Source of the DNA: Blepharisma stoltei ATCC 30299
Taxonomy: Eukaryota > Protista > Ciliophora
Length of the DNA: 64,000 nucleotides
Direction of reading: 5' to 3'
Assembly: GCA_965603825.1 (NCBI GenBank)
Contig: CBFDEM010000044.1
Location: forward strand, 496,001-560,000
The position numbers and the translations under genes are program-made. The notes under the pieces were generated by a model. The model was given only the letters and a program-made list of their open reading frames with translations, was not told where the DNA came from and searched no databases. Position 1 is the stretch's first letter. Each line of letters opens with the position of its first letter. This document shows, piece after piece, positions 25,106 through 36,974 of this stretch.

Positions 25106-25331
25106 TAGCCACAAAAGTTATTAATAAATTTCATGATTGATTTATTTGCAAATCGATTAATTCCATAAATTATAAGTTAATTATCAATTAGGCTCTTTAT
25201 TCAAAGTATATATATTTTAATTATACCAATTAGGATAAATAACTATATGTACTTATTTATTTTATTAGTTTTCCACAAAGTACTACTTTACTTTGCATGC
25301 TACTGAGAGTAAATGTTTGTAGAAATGAAAT

Positions 25332-25886
25332 TTAGTCTCTTTTTCTACAAGTATTTTTATGAATTTCCCAATGTATACGTTGACAGTCTCGAGAGCAATA
25401 ATTAAAAATTTTGCATCTTGAGCAACGAAATTGAGAAGGCTTGGTGCATTGAGCACAAAAGCACGTCTGCTCATCATAATCAAAAGCATCAATTCTTTTT
25501 GGCTCAAAAATAATCAAAGATTTTATAGGATTTCTTATATCATTTCAATCAGCATTATGAAATTCTATAGAAAGCCCAAAACGCGTATAAGTGATCTCTA
25601 TCCCTAAATTAGTTGAGCTTGATTTTTTATCAGGCTCTCCTAACCGTCTTACAATATCTGAATTGCACTGGCTCCATGTAATTCCATATGGCAGTTTATA
25701 CGGATAACCAGGCACCTTTCCAGGAGCAAATAAAATTACATAGCAAACTTGGTTTTCCTTAACCGCTATTGAATAACCTTCTTGCTTATTCGTCAAATAT
25801 GCTATATCAGAAAATGATTTCTCTTCAATGCCCTGAAACTCTAGTTCTTCCTTCCTCGCTCCAAGCAAACTATATCAATTAATCAT
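25332..25886 (-). CDS. zf-MYND protein with uncharacterised N-terminal domain
   Basis: C-terminal CAQC...CSRC...YCSRDCQRIHWEIHKNTC. TGA-Trp at 25875-25877 and 25545-25547. ATG at 25886. Confidence 0.78.
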
Positions 25887-25905
25887 TTATTATTTTAAGA
25901 TACCA

Positions 25906-27165
25906 TTAATTTGTTTTTGGTTCAATAAGATCTATCCCCATTATAATAATACTAAAATCATCTGAAAATTTGCCTTTAAATTTATCTAGTTCTTTAGGGC
26001 AAAGCTCAGCTCCGATTTCTGGCTTATCTTTTTCATATCTAGGTGTTGACCTAGATAAATTTTCTTTTGGAATAAAAAAATATGTATTTACCCAACATGA
26101 AAATTTCAATTTTTTGGATTCAAACTGAAAATTATAGTCTTGATCTCCAACTATATCATCAGGAAAAGAGTACTGCAATGAATCAAGATTAAATGTTGTC
26201 GGCTCAATATTCCCTGACCATACAACAGAATCATCTAGCCTAGAAATTGTAATTTTGGCATCTAGCACTTTTTTAACTGGCCCAATATTAATCCCAACTA
26301 TCTGAATTTTCCTCGCAATTAAGGCTTTGACACGCTTCAAAGTATTCGCAGTTTTAACTATAGACGGAACTTTATTATAGTAATTATCTACGAAACAGTC
26401 TTTTAAGAACTTATTGAAATAATGGACATATCTGATTTGGCTTGGGATTGTTAAGCCTTTTCCATTATGAGTTCTTCTTCTCCCATAAAAATCAATTGCT
26501 TCAGTGGGGGTTGGAAAAGCTTCTAAAAACAACAAATAAGCACATATCATAAGCCCAGTCCTGCCTTTTCCAGCTTTACAATGGACAGCAACGACATTGT
26601 CAGGGTGCTGGGCAAGATACAAATATACATCAATACAAAATTCCAGCATTGTCGTCAAGTCAGTTGGGTTATGGTCTTTCATAGGAAAATAAGCAACCAT
26701 GTCTGATGGGAAAGTAGCAAAGGTATAATACCGATTAATTTCTTGGCATAAATTATAAATCTTATAATGTGTTGGATAATAAGAGGTAAGAAAACTAATC
26801 ACTTCTTCTCTGGAATTCCTGTATATAGACTCAAGACCTGTTGATGGATAGCCCATCGCAATTACTCGCTTCGTTATATAAGCTAAATCAAGATCAAAAA
26901 AATCATTTTGGAACCTGCGCTTTTTTTGAGAGACACAGGATTTCAGTTTATTTGAGGTGTAGAATTTTTTTGAGTTTTGGAAATAATGATTCATTCGAAG
27001 ATTCCATGCTTCGTCTGAAACGTCGTCAATTTGTTTGTCGTTTTGCATTTGGTAGAGGTATCGTTTGAGTTTTCCAAATCGACTGGCCTCTAGGTTTACT
27101 GCTCTAAGCTGCAGGTTTCTTTCTCGCTCTTTAAGTCTTCTCTCTTCACTTAAAGTATTTCCCAT
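25906..27165 (-). CDS. PTEN: PTEN/TPTE-family phosphoinositide phosphatase
   Basis: VSQKKRRFQ..FDLDLAYIT..VIAMG, HCKAGKGRTG and TIPSQIRYV motifs. The MGNT start suggests N-myristoylation. Confidence 0.92.
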   Translation of the reverse strand: MGNTLSEERRLKERERNLQLRAVNLEASRFGKLKRYLYQMQNDKQIDDVSDEAWNLRMNHYFQNSKKFYTSNKLKSCVSQKKRRFQNDFFDLDLAYITKRVIAMGYPSTGLESIYRNSREEVISFLTSYYPTHYKIYNLCQEINRYYTFATFPSDMVAYFPMKDHNPTDLTTMLEFCIDVYLYLAQHPDNVVAVHCKAGKGRTGLMICAYLLFLEAFPTPTEAIDFYGRRRTHNGKGLTIPSQIRYVHYFNKFLKDCFVDNYYNKVPSIVKTANTLKRVKALIARKIQIVGINIGPVKKVLDAKITISRLDDSVVWSGNIEPTTFNLDSLQYSFPDDIVGDQDYNFQFESKKLKFSCWVNTYFFIPKENLSRSTPRYEKDKPEIGAELCPKELDKFKGKFSDDFSIIIMGIDLIEPKTN

Positions 27166-27440
27166 TTTATTTTGATTTAACAATTAATATTTTATTTATA
27201 TTTTCTGTACTACAGCTATAGTTCAACCTTTCCAAGGAAATAATTTGAAGACGTTGGTCAGAATTATTAGTATTTTGAAGATTAACTATTATGATTGACT
27301 TGCAAATAAATTCCCCTCCTTCAATTCTTTTTCAGTAATTTATTGCAATTTATCTGTTATTATTTTTAGTCTAATATGCTATTAAATCCATCTTAATTTT
27401 AAAATTATTTTTTATTTTGTAAATTTACTTCTATTATATT

Positions 27441-29627
27441 ATGAAAATATTAGTAAAAGTCCCCAAAAAGTCATCCAGACACAAATACTCTTACATAAAT
27501 ATCAACCAAAACGACCTCACATCTCAAGCTAAGCAATTAATACTCGCAATTCTTGGGCCAACAGCTCCAAACTTCCGTCTCTTAACCTATATCTGTGGAC
27601 TACTCGTAATAATGACAGACACTTTTCCCATCTCCTTTTTCAAAAAAGAAAACAGATTCATTATAGAAGTCCAATATATTGGCAAATCCAAAAATATATT
27701 CGGCCGCAAAGCTTATAGGAATTCAACTTATCTCGATAGCTTAGGCCTTACCAAATATTTCCCTGCTCTAAAGGAGTCTATTTTTGACAAAGCAATTTAT
27801 TTCTGCAAGAAAGGCTATGCGTCAGAGCTAGAAAAACTTGTGGAAAACTACTCACTAAATAATCCTCACGAAGAAGATTTATGTGCCCAGTCTCCACCAT
27901 CTATGTGAACTCTTATTCATTATGCGTCATATCATGGCTACCCTAGAATTATTTCTTATTTAGTTGGTCGAAGAGTGAATTGTAATAAAGTGACTATTGA
28001 TGAATGAACCCCTCTACAACTTTGTTGCTATCAAGGACATGCGGATTGTGTAAGAGAACTTCTCATGCACCCTAATTTACAAATCGACAAAATGACAAAG
28101 TTTAGAGGAACTGGGCTTCATTTGGCTTGCGAAAGAAGCTATGTAGAAATAGTCAAGATTTTGCTAGATGCAAATGCATATATGACATTAGAAGACTATA
28201 ATGGGAAAATCCCAATAGAACTTGCAAAGCACGATGAAATTCTTTCGGTACTTCCTGTGTATATGGGGAAACAAGAGCTTAAAAAATATTCCCATGAGTA
28301 CCCAACCCCACCTCCTTTTTGTGGAGAGGTTTATTCAACTGGAACTTTATTTATTCATGACAGGCTTGAATTTTTATTCATGGACATTGACAAAGGCCTT
28401 CTAAATAGATACCAAAAGAAAGAGAATTTTTTAGACAAAGCAGAGCCAGACCTTTCAATAAGACTAGCAGACATACAAGATGTAAGAATAGAACAAGCAC
28501 CCATTTTTGGTGGAAAAAATAAATATTTCTTTATAGTTGAGACGTCTAAATCGACGAGCTTGTATTATACCAAATATAATGATTTAAGACTTGAATGAAT
28601 AGACAGGCTTAAATCTGGGATCAGATATTCTTTATTACATCATATGAACCAGCCAACTGATGTAAGAAGAAGCATGGGGCAGCTCCCAACAGATGTGGCT
28701 GAAGACGAAACCAAAGTAGCAGAGGAAAATACAGAAAAAGAAATCATCAACTTTAAAAGCTTTAGCATCCTTGATGAAATTGGAAGTGGAGCCTTTGGGA
28801 TTGTGTATAAAGTTAAGAAAAATAACACAGCAGAAATCTATGCAATGAAATCACTCAGTAAAGCTACTTTGCAAAAACAAAAACAGCTAAAATATGCTAT
28901 AAGCGAGTGTAAAATTATGAAGGAGCTAAGCCATCCATTTATAGTGACACTATATTATGCATTTCAAACAGCCCACTTTTTGTATCTAGTTTTAGAATTT
29001 TGCTCTAATGGAGATTTATTAAGTTTGGTGCATGCAAGAGGAAGATTAGACGAATATTCAGCAAAATTTTATTTAGCTGAAATAATCCTTGCTATTGAAT
29101 ACTTGCATAGCCTGAATATCATTTATAGGGATCTGAAGCCAGCAAATGTACTATTAGATGACGAAGGCCATGCTAAGCTGTCTGATTTTGGCTTAGCAAA
29201 GGTGAGCGCACAAGAAGAAAATGTAGTCATGACAATGGCGGGGACGCCAGCTTATCTCCCTCCTGAAATTGTAACCAAAAAAGGTGTAGGGAAGCCATCT
29301 GATATTTATGGCCTTGGGCCTACTTTATTTGAACTTCTTACAGGACATCCTCCTTATTATTCAGAAGATCTTGACGAGCTGTTTCAAAACATAAGGCAAG
29401 CTAAAGTTTCTTTTCCTTCTTATATAAGCCACAACGCAAGAGATCTTATAAATTCAGTTATGAACAAAGACCCATCAAAAAGGCCACAAATATCTCAAAT
29501 CAAGCGACATCCATTTTTCAGAAAGCTAGACTGGGAAGCTTTGCACGCAAAAAGGATAAAGCCTCCAAAAATTGATGAAAAAACTACAGAAGCGATGAAT
29601 ACTTCTTATGATGTGGATCTAGATTAA
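27441..29627 (+). CDS. Ankyrin-repeat + PH + AGC Ser/Thr kinase
   Basis: Three ORFs are in frame through TGA 27906, 28005 (DE-W-TPLQL, ankyrin) and 28596 (RLE-W-IDRL, PH). Kinase motifs GSGAFG, YRDLKPAN, DFG and GTPAYLPPE. Confidence 0.9.
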
Positions 29628-29719
29628 TTACTAAAGTTATATTATGAGTAATCTATAGCAATGCAAGACATATTATCAGTGCTATGTAAGCTAAATATTT
29701 ATAAGTATATAAAATTAAT

Positions 29720-30859
29720 TTATATTTTGATCTTTGAATATCTCATTATTGGAACACTATTTCTTGGTGGGGTCATTGCACTTTGCTTTTCAGGGACATT
29801 CAGCATATAATTTTCAAGAGTTCTGTACATTACGTCGTCTCTTTCAGTAGTCGTACTCATAGATGGTATTTTGTAAGGTCTAAATATAAATTACCCTCTC
29901 ACATGGCTGAGCTTGAAATGGGCCTTTTCAAAGTCTCTCAGCTCAATTGGCTGAGGATTATTCAAAGTATGTTCCAAAACTAATGGTTTTCTCTCAAGCA
30001 ATTTATCAAATCCTAAAACTAGTCTGCTTAACTTTGGTATAAGAACTTCTTCATTTCTTTCATAAGGTCCAAGGGAAATTTTTTCTTCAAAAAATTCTTT
30101 TCTCCCCATCATTTTATTAAAACTGATAGTTCTTGACCTCTTTGTTCTTGTATGAACAGGAGAGTCGCCATTATCGAAATCAAAACGTTTCTCATTGGGA
30201 GGATCTTGAGGTTTTACAAATTCTTCTCTACGCTTTTGCTTATGAAGAGGCAAAGGAGCTCTAGATTTCTTTTGAAATTTTTCTGGGATTGGACAAATAT
30301 TTCCTTCTTTTACGTCTATTTTAATGTCATAATCTTTTATACAAGAAATTGTTCTATTTAGTCTTTCATCAAATTTTTTGAAAGACATGTTTGTATTTGT
30401 CATTTCTTTTAAAGAACTTTTATTGTTACAAGATTTTGGGAAGGTGCAGTTTAGATCATCATCTAAGCAATTTGGTAGAAAAATCACTTTTTCTCTTGGA
30501 GATTGAGAAGAGTTGTTAATTTTTGGGATGTTATTGTTATTAGGATGCACGAAATTATAGCGAGGAGTGTATGCTCCAACTCTTGGAGATCCTGTACGAT
30601 TTCTAAATGCAAATTCATATTGTTCTCGGGAAACCGCAACAAAGCTTGAGGTCGGACGAGTAGGTTTAAGCTTTGCTGCTGTTTCTTCTGTAACTCTTTG
30701 CTTTTCAAGATCTTGCAATATGTTTCCAATCTGTGAGATATCAATTGCGTCAACAATTTTTTTCTTTGGCTTTCTTTTGGGTCCATCATACAAATCAGGA
30801 TGATTATGAGCGCTTGCTTTTCCTTGCCTAGAAAATAAAGAGCCTTTAATGAACTCCAT
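29720..30859 (-). CDS. Hypothetical basic protein with PRVGAY/GPY motifs, possibly ciliary (exons 30859-29895, 29879-29720)
   Basis: Removing a 15-nt intron eliminates the TAA and extends the ORF to TAA 29720-29722. Confidence 0.65.
29880..29894 (-). other. 15-nt spliceosomal intron
   Basis: gtaatttatatttag, phase 2, with an in-frame TAA. Confidence 0.8.
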
Positions 30860-31316
30860 TTTGTGATGCAATTAATTACTTACGATTTTAGTAAGCTTTT
30901 ATGATGCTCATGCTGGGCTGAATAATATATATAAGCTCGCAAATCAGTAAAAAAAAGTTTATCAATTAATATAAAAATTATGCCATGGCTTTATTTTCTA
31001 CAACAAATATGAGATTTCAAGATCTCAAGTTGTAAATTCAAAATGGAATATAAGTTTCTTTTTCTAATAAGTGAAGACTATATAGCAAGAATCTTTCTTT
31101 TAAATTTGATTAATAGGAATAACTTATAAAAATAATATTTCAGACTCAATAAAAGGATTTTATATTTATCTTAATAATTTTTATATTATTTGCTGAAATA
31201 ATAAAAATATCTAAATAATGATAAATATTATAGAGCATCTATAGCAGCTCTTATTAAATTATTTGAATTTAGCTTAAAGATCTATTTTGAAACGAAGTCT
31301 TTCTGGTGATATAAAT

Positions 31317-33629
31317 ATGTTGAGCATAATCCCAAAAAGAGCTGAGAGCACTAAAATCTACAAGAATCTTGAGAAATACATCAGAAAGCATTACGATAAA
31401 GCTACCTTAGAAAGAGTTGGCCCTTTCATTATGGATGCTGAGCAGACAAGAGAACGCTTCATCCAAGCAGGCAGCCCTAGTGGTGATCAAATTCCTCAAT
31501 ACCTTCAATCGCTTTCAGTATATTACAGATACGTTAAAGCCTTAGAAAACCGTTTACCTCTTTCCTCAACCAATATAAAGTTCACCTGGCTTGACTCCTT
31601 AAGCAAAAGAAAAATGCAAGACTCCAATTTCCTGATCGAAAAAATAGGCATTTTATATAATATTGGTGCTGCATACAGCAAACAAGGTGCCGATATCAAC
31701 TTAAGTTCTGCAGACGGCCATAAGCTTGCCTTAAACTACTTCCAAGTCGCCGCAGGGTGCTTTAACGAGGTGAGAAAATTAGCTGTCGAGGTCAGGCAGT
31801 CAGCCACTATTGATATTTCTCCAGAACACTTGACTTTTGCTACTTATATTTTATTAGCTCAAGCCTACTTTTGTATGTATGACAAGCTAGATAAAGCAAC
31901 AGCGAATAAGCTGAACCTTGCCAAACTAAGCCAAACGATTTCGAAAAATTATGGCCAAGCTTATGAGCTGGCGGTGTCAGAAGCGCTTAGCAGGCACATA
32001 GGGGAAGAAATGAAAAATATACTGAAATTTCAGCAGCTGAGTTTTGCGGCGGCTTCGAAGTATTGGATGTCGTTTATTGATAGAGAAGAAGGGTCAAAGC
32101 TGGGCAGAGGGTTTGGAAAAGGGGTTAGCAGGCTTAGAGTAGGATTTGATCTTATTCAAAGAGCAATGCAAACTAAAAATATAAGAGGACCTTACTTGGA
32201 GTCTGGCAGAACTTTGCTTCACCAGCTGAAAACCGAAAAAGAGCACGCAGAAGCAGAAAACTTAAGCGTATATATGGACAGCATTCCTGAAGCTAAAGCT
32301 TTACAAGACCCAGAAGAGCTTACTATGATAGCTCCTAAGTTCCCACCAATGGTAGATATAGTTTCTCCAATCAATGGAGAACAAGTTTTGCAAGCTTTAG
32401 TTCCTCCAGCAATTTTAGCACTTTCTGCAGAGTATAAAGAGTTACTGCACAATATGATTTTAGAAGAATCAGATAAGGTAGCTGCCGCTACTAGAAATAC
32501 AACCCAAGCATTGGAGTCAATGAATTTGCCTCACAAATTGGATGCAATAACTGTCGACAATGGACTTCCAGATTCAGTATGGAAAAAAGTCCAGCAAGTA
32601 CAAAGCTATGGAGGTTTCGCACATATTGAAAATGGGATCAATAGTCTTAGACAACTCAGTGAAAACAGTCAAAAGTTCATCGCAGAACTGGAAAGTATGG
32701 TTATTAGAGAAGATGAGGAAGATAGAAGCCTCAGACAAATGTATGGAAGTCAATGGGGTAGAGCCCATAGTGCCGCCGTTAATACTCATCTTACCAGTGA
32801 TTTAGAAAAATATAAACAGAAGCTTATACAAGCAATAAATCTCGACAGGACTAATTACCAGATTCTAGAAACTAATAATGAAGCTTTACAGCTGTTAAAG
32901 AAATCTAAGGTTGAGCTTGACCAAATGATGCCTCCAGTTGAAAATATAGGCCAGGAACAAAGTCCTGTAGTTCAAGCTTTGAAAGGAGCTTTAGCAACAG
33001 TTGACCAAACTCAAAAATCACTTCAAGACCAAATGGCTTCTCTTACATCTCAAGCAGATCAAGACAATATAATTGAGCATCTAATGGTCATTGAAGAAAC
33101 CAAAACACCTAAAGAGCCTATTTTCCAACAAGAAATCTCGAAATTCAGTCCTCAAAGAGAAGGGCTATTAAATACAGCAAATCAGCTGAGACAGACTATT
33201 GATGCAGTTGCGAGCGCAAATTCAGCTTTTGATAGAGAAAGAGGAAGCTACCAAAGTAACCCAGTAAGAGTGCAGCTATTGCAAAACTTAGAAACTGCTG
33301 TCAAAATTTATAATGAGCTTTCAGCAAATCTGGCACAAGGGCACCAGTTTTATACGAATCTTTCTCAGCATTTGAGCGTTCTGCAGCAGAAAGTTTCTGA
33401 TTTCGTTTATTCGAGAAATCTTGAGAAAAATGATTTGTTTGCAAAATTAAGCCAGTCTGGATTCCCACAAGGTGGAGCCCAAAACCAGTATCGTCCTTCT
33501 TATGGACAGCAGCCAAATCCATACCCTTCAGCACATTCAAATCCTTATCCATCAGCACAGTCAGGATATCCGCAGTATCCACCTCCCCCTCCTCCAGGAG
33601 CATATTACCCTCCTTATCCAGGAAAATAA
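31317..33629 (+). CDS. PDCD6IP: ALIX/BRO1 ESCRT adaptor
   Basis: BRO1 motifs (FTWLDS, EKIGILYNIGA, FQVAAGCF, ENLSVY), a V domain (GHQFY) and a Pro/Tyr-rich tail. Confidence 0.92.
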   Translation: MLSIIPKRAESTKIYKNLEKYIRKHYDKATLERVGPFIMDAEQTRERFIQAGSPSGDQIPQYLQSLSVYYRYVKALENRLPLSSTNIKFTWLDSLSKRKMQDSNFLIEKIGILYNIGAAYSKQGADINLSSADGHKLALNYFQVAAGCFNEVRKLAVEVRQSATIDISPEHLTFATYILLAQAYFCMYDKLDKATANKLNLAKLSQTISKNYGQAYELAVSEALSRHIGEEMKNILKFQQLSFAAASKYWMSFIDREEGSKLGRGFGKGVSRLRVGFDLIQRAMQTKNIRGPYLESGRTLLHQLKTEKEHAEAENLSVYMDSIPEAKALQDPEELTMIAPKFPPMVDIVSPINGEQVLQALVPPAILALSAEYKELLHNMILEESDKVAAATRNTTQALESMNLPHKLDAITVDNGLPDSVWKKVQQVQSYGGFAHIENGINSLRQLSENSQKFIAELESMVIREDEEDRSLRQMYGSQWGRAHSAAVNTHLTSDLEKYKQKLIQAINLDRTNYQILETNNEALQLLKKSKVELDQMMPPVENIGQEQSPVVQALKGALATVDQTQKSLQDQMASLTSQADQDNIIEHLMVIEETKTPKEPIFQQEISKFSPQREGLLNTANQLRQTIDAVASANSAFDRERGSYQSNPVRVQLLQNLETAVKIYNELSANLAQGHQFYTNLSQHLSVLQQKVSDFVYSRNLEKNDLFAKLSQSGFPQGGAQNQYRPSYGQQPNPYPSAHSNPYPSAQSGYPQYPPPPPPGAYYPPYPGK

Positions 33630-33670
33630 ATAATCAATTATTAGTTGAAATTTAAAAATATACAGTTAAA

Positions 33671-35566
33671 TTATTCTCTTCGAAAATGTTGAATTGGCAC
33701 TTTGGCAGATATTTTTCTTCTATAAAACACTTTGGGAGGTGAAGGCTCATAAGACTGCTTAGAAGTAGATGCACTTCTTATGTAAGGAGAAAAATCAAAA
33801 TATTTAGGAGTTACAAATGAGCCATTATTCGTTACTTGAGGGTCAACTGATTTAAATTGATTTTGAGGCAGCCTTAAAGGCTGATAATGCATTGCGAGTT
33901 CTTCTTTTCTGTATTTTTCTCGATTTAATTTATCCTTAAGCATATCATTTAAGTGGCTTACAAGATATGCTTTTTCTCTGTTAATGTTTGTTCAAGACAC
34001 ACCATTATCTTCAAAATTAGTGATTTGGCCATTTCTATCAATGCTTTCTACTGAATGCTTTTCTACTGGTAGGTTTGGATTTCAGTCGACTTGTGGGATA
34101 TTTGACTCCTCTTTTTCTTGGCTTGAGATATTAACGTTTCTCGATAAGTTTGATTTTGCAGAATCTCTTGGCCTTGGTATAATTTTTGCTAGCGGCTTTT
34201 TTACATTTATAGCTGGATTCTGCTTAGCTGGATCTTCTTTTTTGGTTCTATCAATATTTGCACCAGTCCAATCTGCTCAAATATCTCCAGCCACTTTTAA
34301 GTATTTTTCATATTTTTCTTTATTGTCTGAGGAATACGCCTTTTTAAAGCCTCCTAAATGGTTGTTTTCTCATTTATTTCTTTTTTCCTGTGCAAGTCTT
34401 GCAATTTCAGCTCTTTCTTCTTTAGTCTCTTTAAAGTTTTTGCCTGAAATTGCCCGTTTTTGGATCTCAATCTTTTTATTTAAAAAATAATTTTTCCGAT
34501 CCCTAGCTCTTACACAGACCATGATCATAGTTTCTTTTAAGACTCTTTTTTTTATTTTCCAATCCAAAGGAGAATCAGTTGCAAAGGAAGGGGCATGGTT
34601 TACTTCCAGAAGCCAAGGTTTTAAATTGCTATCAATTATGATATCAAATCCTAGAAGTTCAAAGCACATATTGTTTCCGGCGTCTTCTGGCTGGCATGAT
34701 TTGTAGACATGAGCTAGGGACGGCTGAATTGCACATAGTGTTTTTACAATAATTTCTTCAATTTGATTTTGCAAAGTATCAACATCATAATTCATGCTCC
34801 TTAATAACTCATAAGTAGACTTAAGGCTTCGTTTGTGTCCTGATCCATCATCTTCTGGGTCATCATTATATACAAAATTTGGATTATTTTTATTGATCGC
34901 ATAATTTGTCAGATGCATGCACATTTCTTTGTAGTTCTGAAAATTCGGAGGAGAGTATTCCTCCGTTGCCAGTCTTGTTAGACCATCTTCATGAATATAA
35001 ATCCTCAAGGGATTACACCCAGTTACTAATACATAAATCCTTAAATCAAACTTCAGCCCTTCAATCAAAAAAGGATCCATAAGATATTCTTGTGCTACAT
35101 ATCGTTCAGTTGAGTTTACATCTTCAGGCCTTCTCGCTAAAAAAATTCCTCTGCCTTGACTAGAAGCTTCTGGCTTTATAATAAAAATTTTTTTCTTGTT
35201 GAACTGCGATTTAAAGTCAGGATAATCTCCTGGGAGTACTCATGTTTTGGGGTAAAATGAATAGTCGTCTGGCAGAAGTTTTTGCATTCTATTTAAATTT
35301 CATGCTAAATAGTTCTTTTTGTGAATTGCGTGCATGCCAGGAAAGTGGTTGATTCTTTGATATGATTTCATTTTGCTGAGCTTTTCTGGGGTGATTCCTA
35401 AGTCACATCATGTGATATCCCATTCTTCATCATTTTCTTCAAAACTTAGTTTCCAGCCCATAGATTTTGAAGCAACATGTTTGACTACGTCATATTCAGT
35501 TTCTGCTACATTGCAAATGATAATTGGTTTTTTACGGGGTTGTGTAGGAATTGGGTTGCTTTCCAT
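33671..35566 (-). CDS. Tubulin polyglutamylase, TTLL6/13-like
   Basis: QRINHFPGM, FYPKT-W-VLP, KPEASSQGRGIF, KFDLRIYVLVT, MHLTNYAINK, CFELLGFDI and LEVNHAPSF motifs. Seven TGA-Trp codons (35408, 35300, 35240, 34370, 34277, 34082, 33992). Confidence 0.92.
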
Positions 35567-35677
35567 GATATTAATTAAGATTTAACGCTCTTATATGGAA
35601 ACATTTAAATACCTTAATAACTGATGAAGGGTTTGTCCTTATAAATAACATTAAATAAAAGATATTACGATGCTCTA

Positions 35678-36517
35678 TTAACTATTAAAGGTAACTTCAT
35701 CATCTAAGAACTCAATTCCTTTTTCTGCGTCGCGCTGTCTATGAATGTTCATTAAATCTTCAGCTTGGATAATATTAGTCCATCCTCCTGCATGGACATG
35801 ATAAATTCTTACAACGCCACCACTCATCGCGTCCCTATGTCCAGCATGGTAAATAGCTCTTCTTCCCAATTCGACTGCTTCATCTAATGTCATATCCCAT
35901 CTGTAATGTGAGTCAAGCACTCCATATGCAAAAATAGACCCTGATCCAACTGAAAACCTGTTTCCTTTTAAGCACATTCCGTCATTGTCTACAAAATAAA
36001 GTCCAGGGCCTTTATGGTCCCACCCTGCAATCATTGTGCCTACACTCAGTCCATATCCTCTATATTGTCCAAGCATTTGAGATAAAATTTGTGCAGCTCC
36101 GCCTACATTAGGCCTTTCGCCGTTCTTTAGCTCATAAAGCTTACAAACTCTTGCAAGATTATTTTCCCAATAATAGCAATCAGCAGCACCTCCTGCCATA
36201 GTTCCAAGGAGATAATCGTTGATTTCAATGACTTTTTTGACCTTTTGAGAGCCGATGAAGCTCCCCATTGTAGCACGAGCGTCGACTGCTATTAAAATTC
36301 CTCCTTGGAACACAAATGCTAATGTTGTTGTTCCTTTTGCGAATTTAAAGAGCTTCTTAGCCTCTTCTGAGTCTTTGCCAGAGAATTCGCGGATTGGTGG
36401 GACTTCTTGAGTTAGAAGAGTGTTGAATTCTTCCATTGGGTCTTGTTTTGGCTTAAAGTAGCTAGGTAAGCCAAACTCAGGGTCATCCAGGAAAGAAAAG
36501 TCTATATCAGCTGCCAT
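35678..36517 (-). CDS. PSMB5: Proteasome subunit beta 5
   Basis: KG|TTTLAF propeptide junction, LLGTMAGGAADC, FSVGSGS and RDAMSGG. Confidence 0.97.
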   Translation of the reverse strand: MAADIDFSFLDDPEFGLPSYFKPKQDPMEEFNTLLTQEVPPIREFSGKDSEEAKKLFKFAKGTTTLAFVFQGGILIAVDARATMGSFIGSQKVKKVIEINDYLLGTMAGGAADCYYWENNLARVCKLYELKNGERPNVGGAAQILSQMLGQYRGYGLSVGTMIAGWDHKGPGLYFVDNDGMCLKGNRFSVGSGSIFAYGVLDSHYRWDMTLDEAVELGRRAIYHAGHRDAMSGGVVRIYHVHAGGWTNIIQAEDLMNIHRQRDAEKGIEFLDDEVTFNS

Positions 36518-36631
36518 TTTATATAATTCATCAAGAAATGCCAACTGAAAAGCTCCAATAGTCAATTAATTAAATAAGTTTAGTTAATTGTGAAACCCAT
36601 CTCTATCATTTTAGAGTTTCATATTTTCACT

Positions 36632-36898
36632 TTAGATTTTTGTTTTAGTAGGTTCTGTCGCGAGAGTTGCTGAAGAAATTTCGCTTATATCGATTTCATC
36701 AACTTCTTCTATTGATGGGCCTGGAGTCAACTGGCTTAATTTGTACGGGACAACCGGCCCTTCATAATGGGAGATTCTTAAACTGTCTTTAGGACTGTTC
36801 ACAAAATTTGTTTCATCACATATAAGTAGAAGAGATGGAGCTGGCTATATAATAAATACTGGAGGGTCCCTTTGAGTATTACTGCAGCATGCTCCCAT
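36632..36898 (-). CDS. 83-aa microprotein with MGACCS dual-acylation motif (exons 36898-36860, 36844-36632); absent from the ORF track
   Basis: ATG 36898, a consensus 15-nt intron, then an open frame to TAA 36632-36634. Confidence 0.7.
36845..36859 (-). other. 15-nt spliceosomal intron
   Basis: gtatttattatatag, phase 0, with an in-frame TAG. Confidence 0.75.
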
Positions 36899-36974
36899 GT
36901 TGAAAGAATTATTATAATTTTTGAAAATTTCCTATTTTTCTCGTAATAATATTGGTAAATAAAATTATATATTG

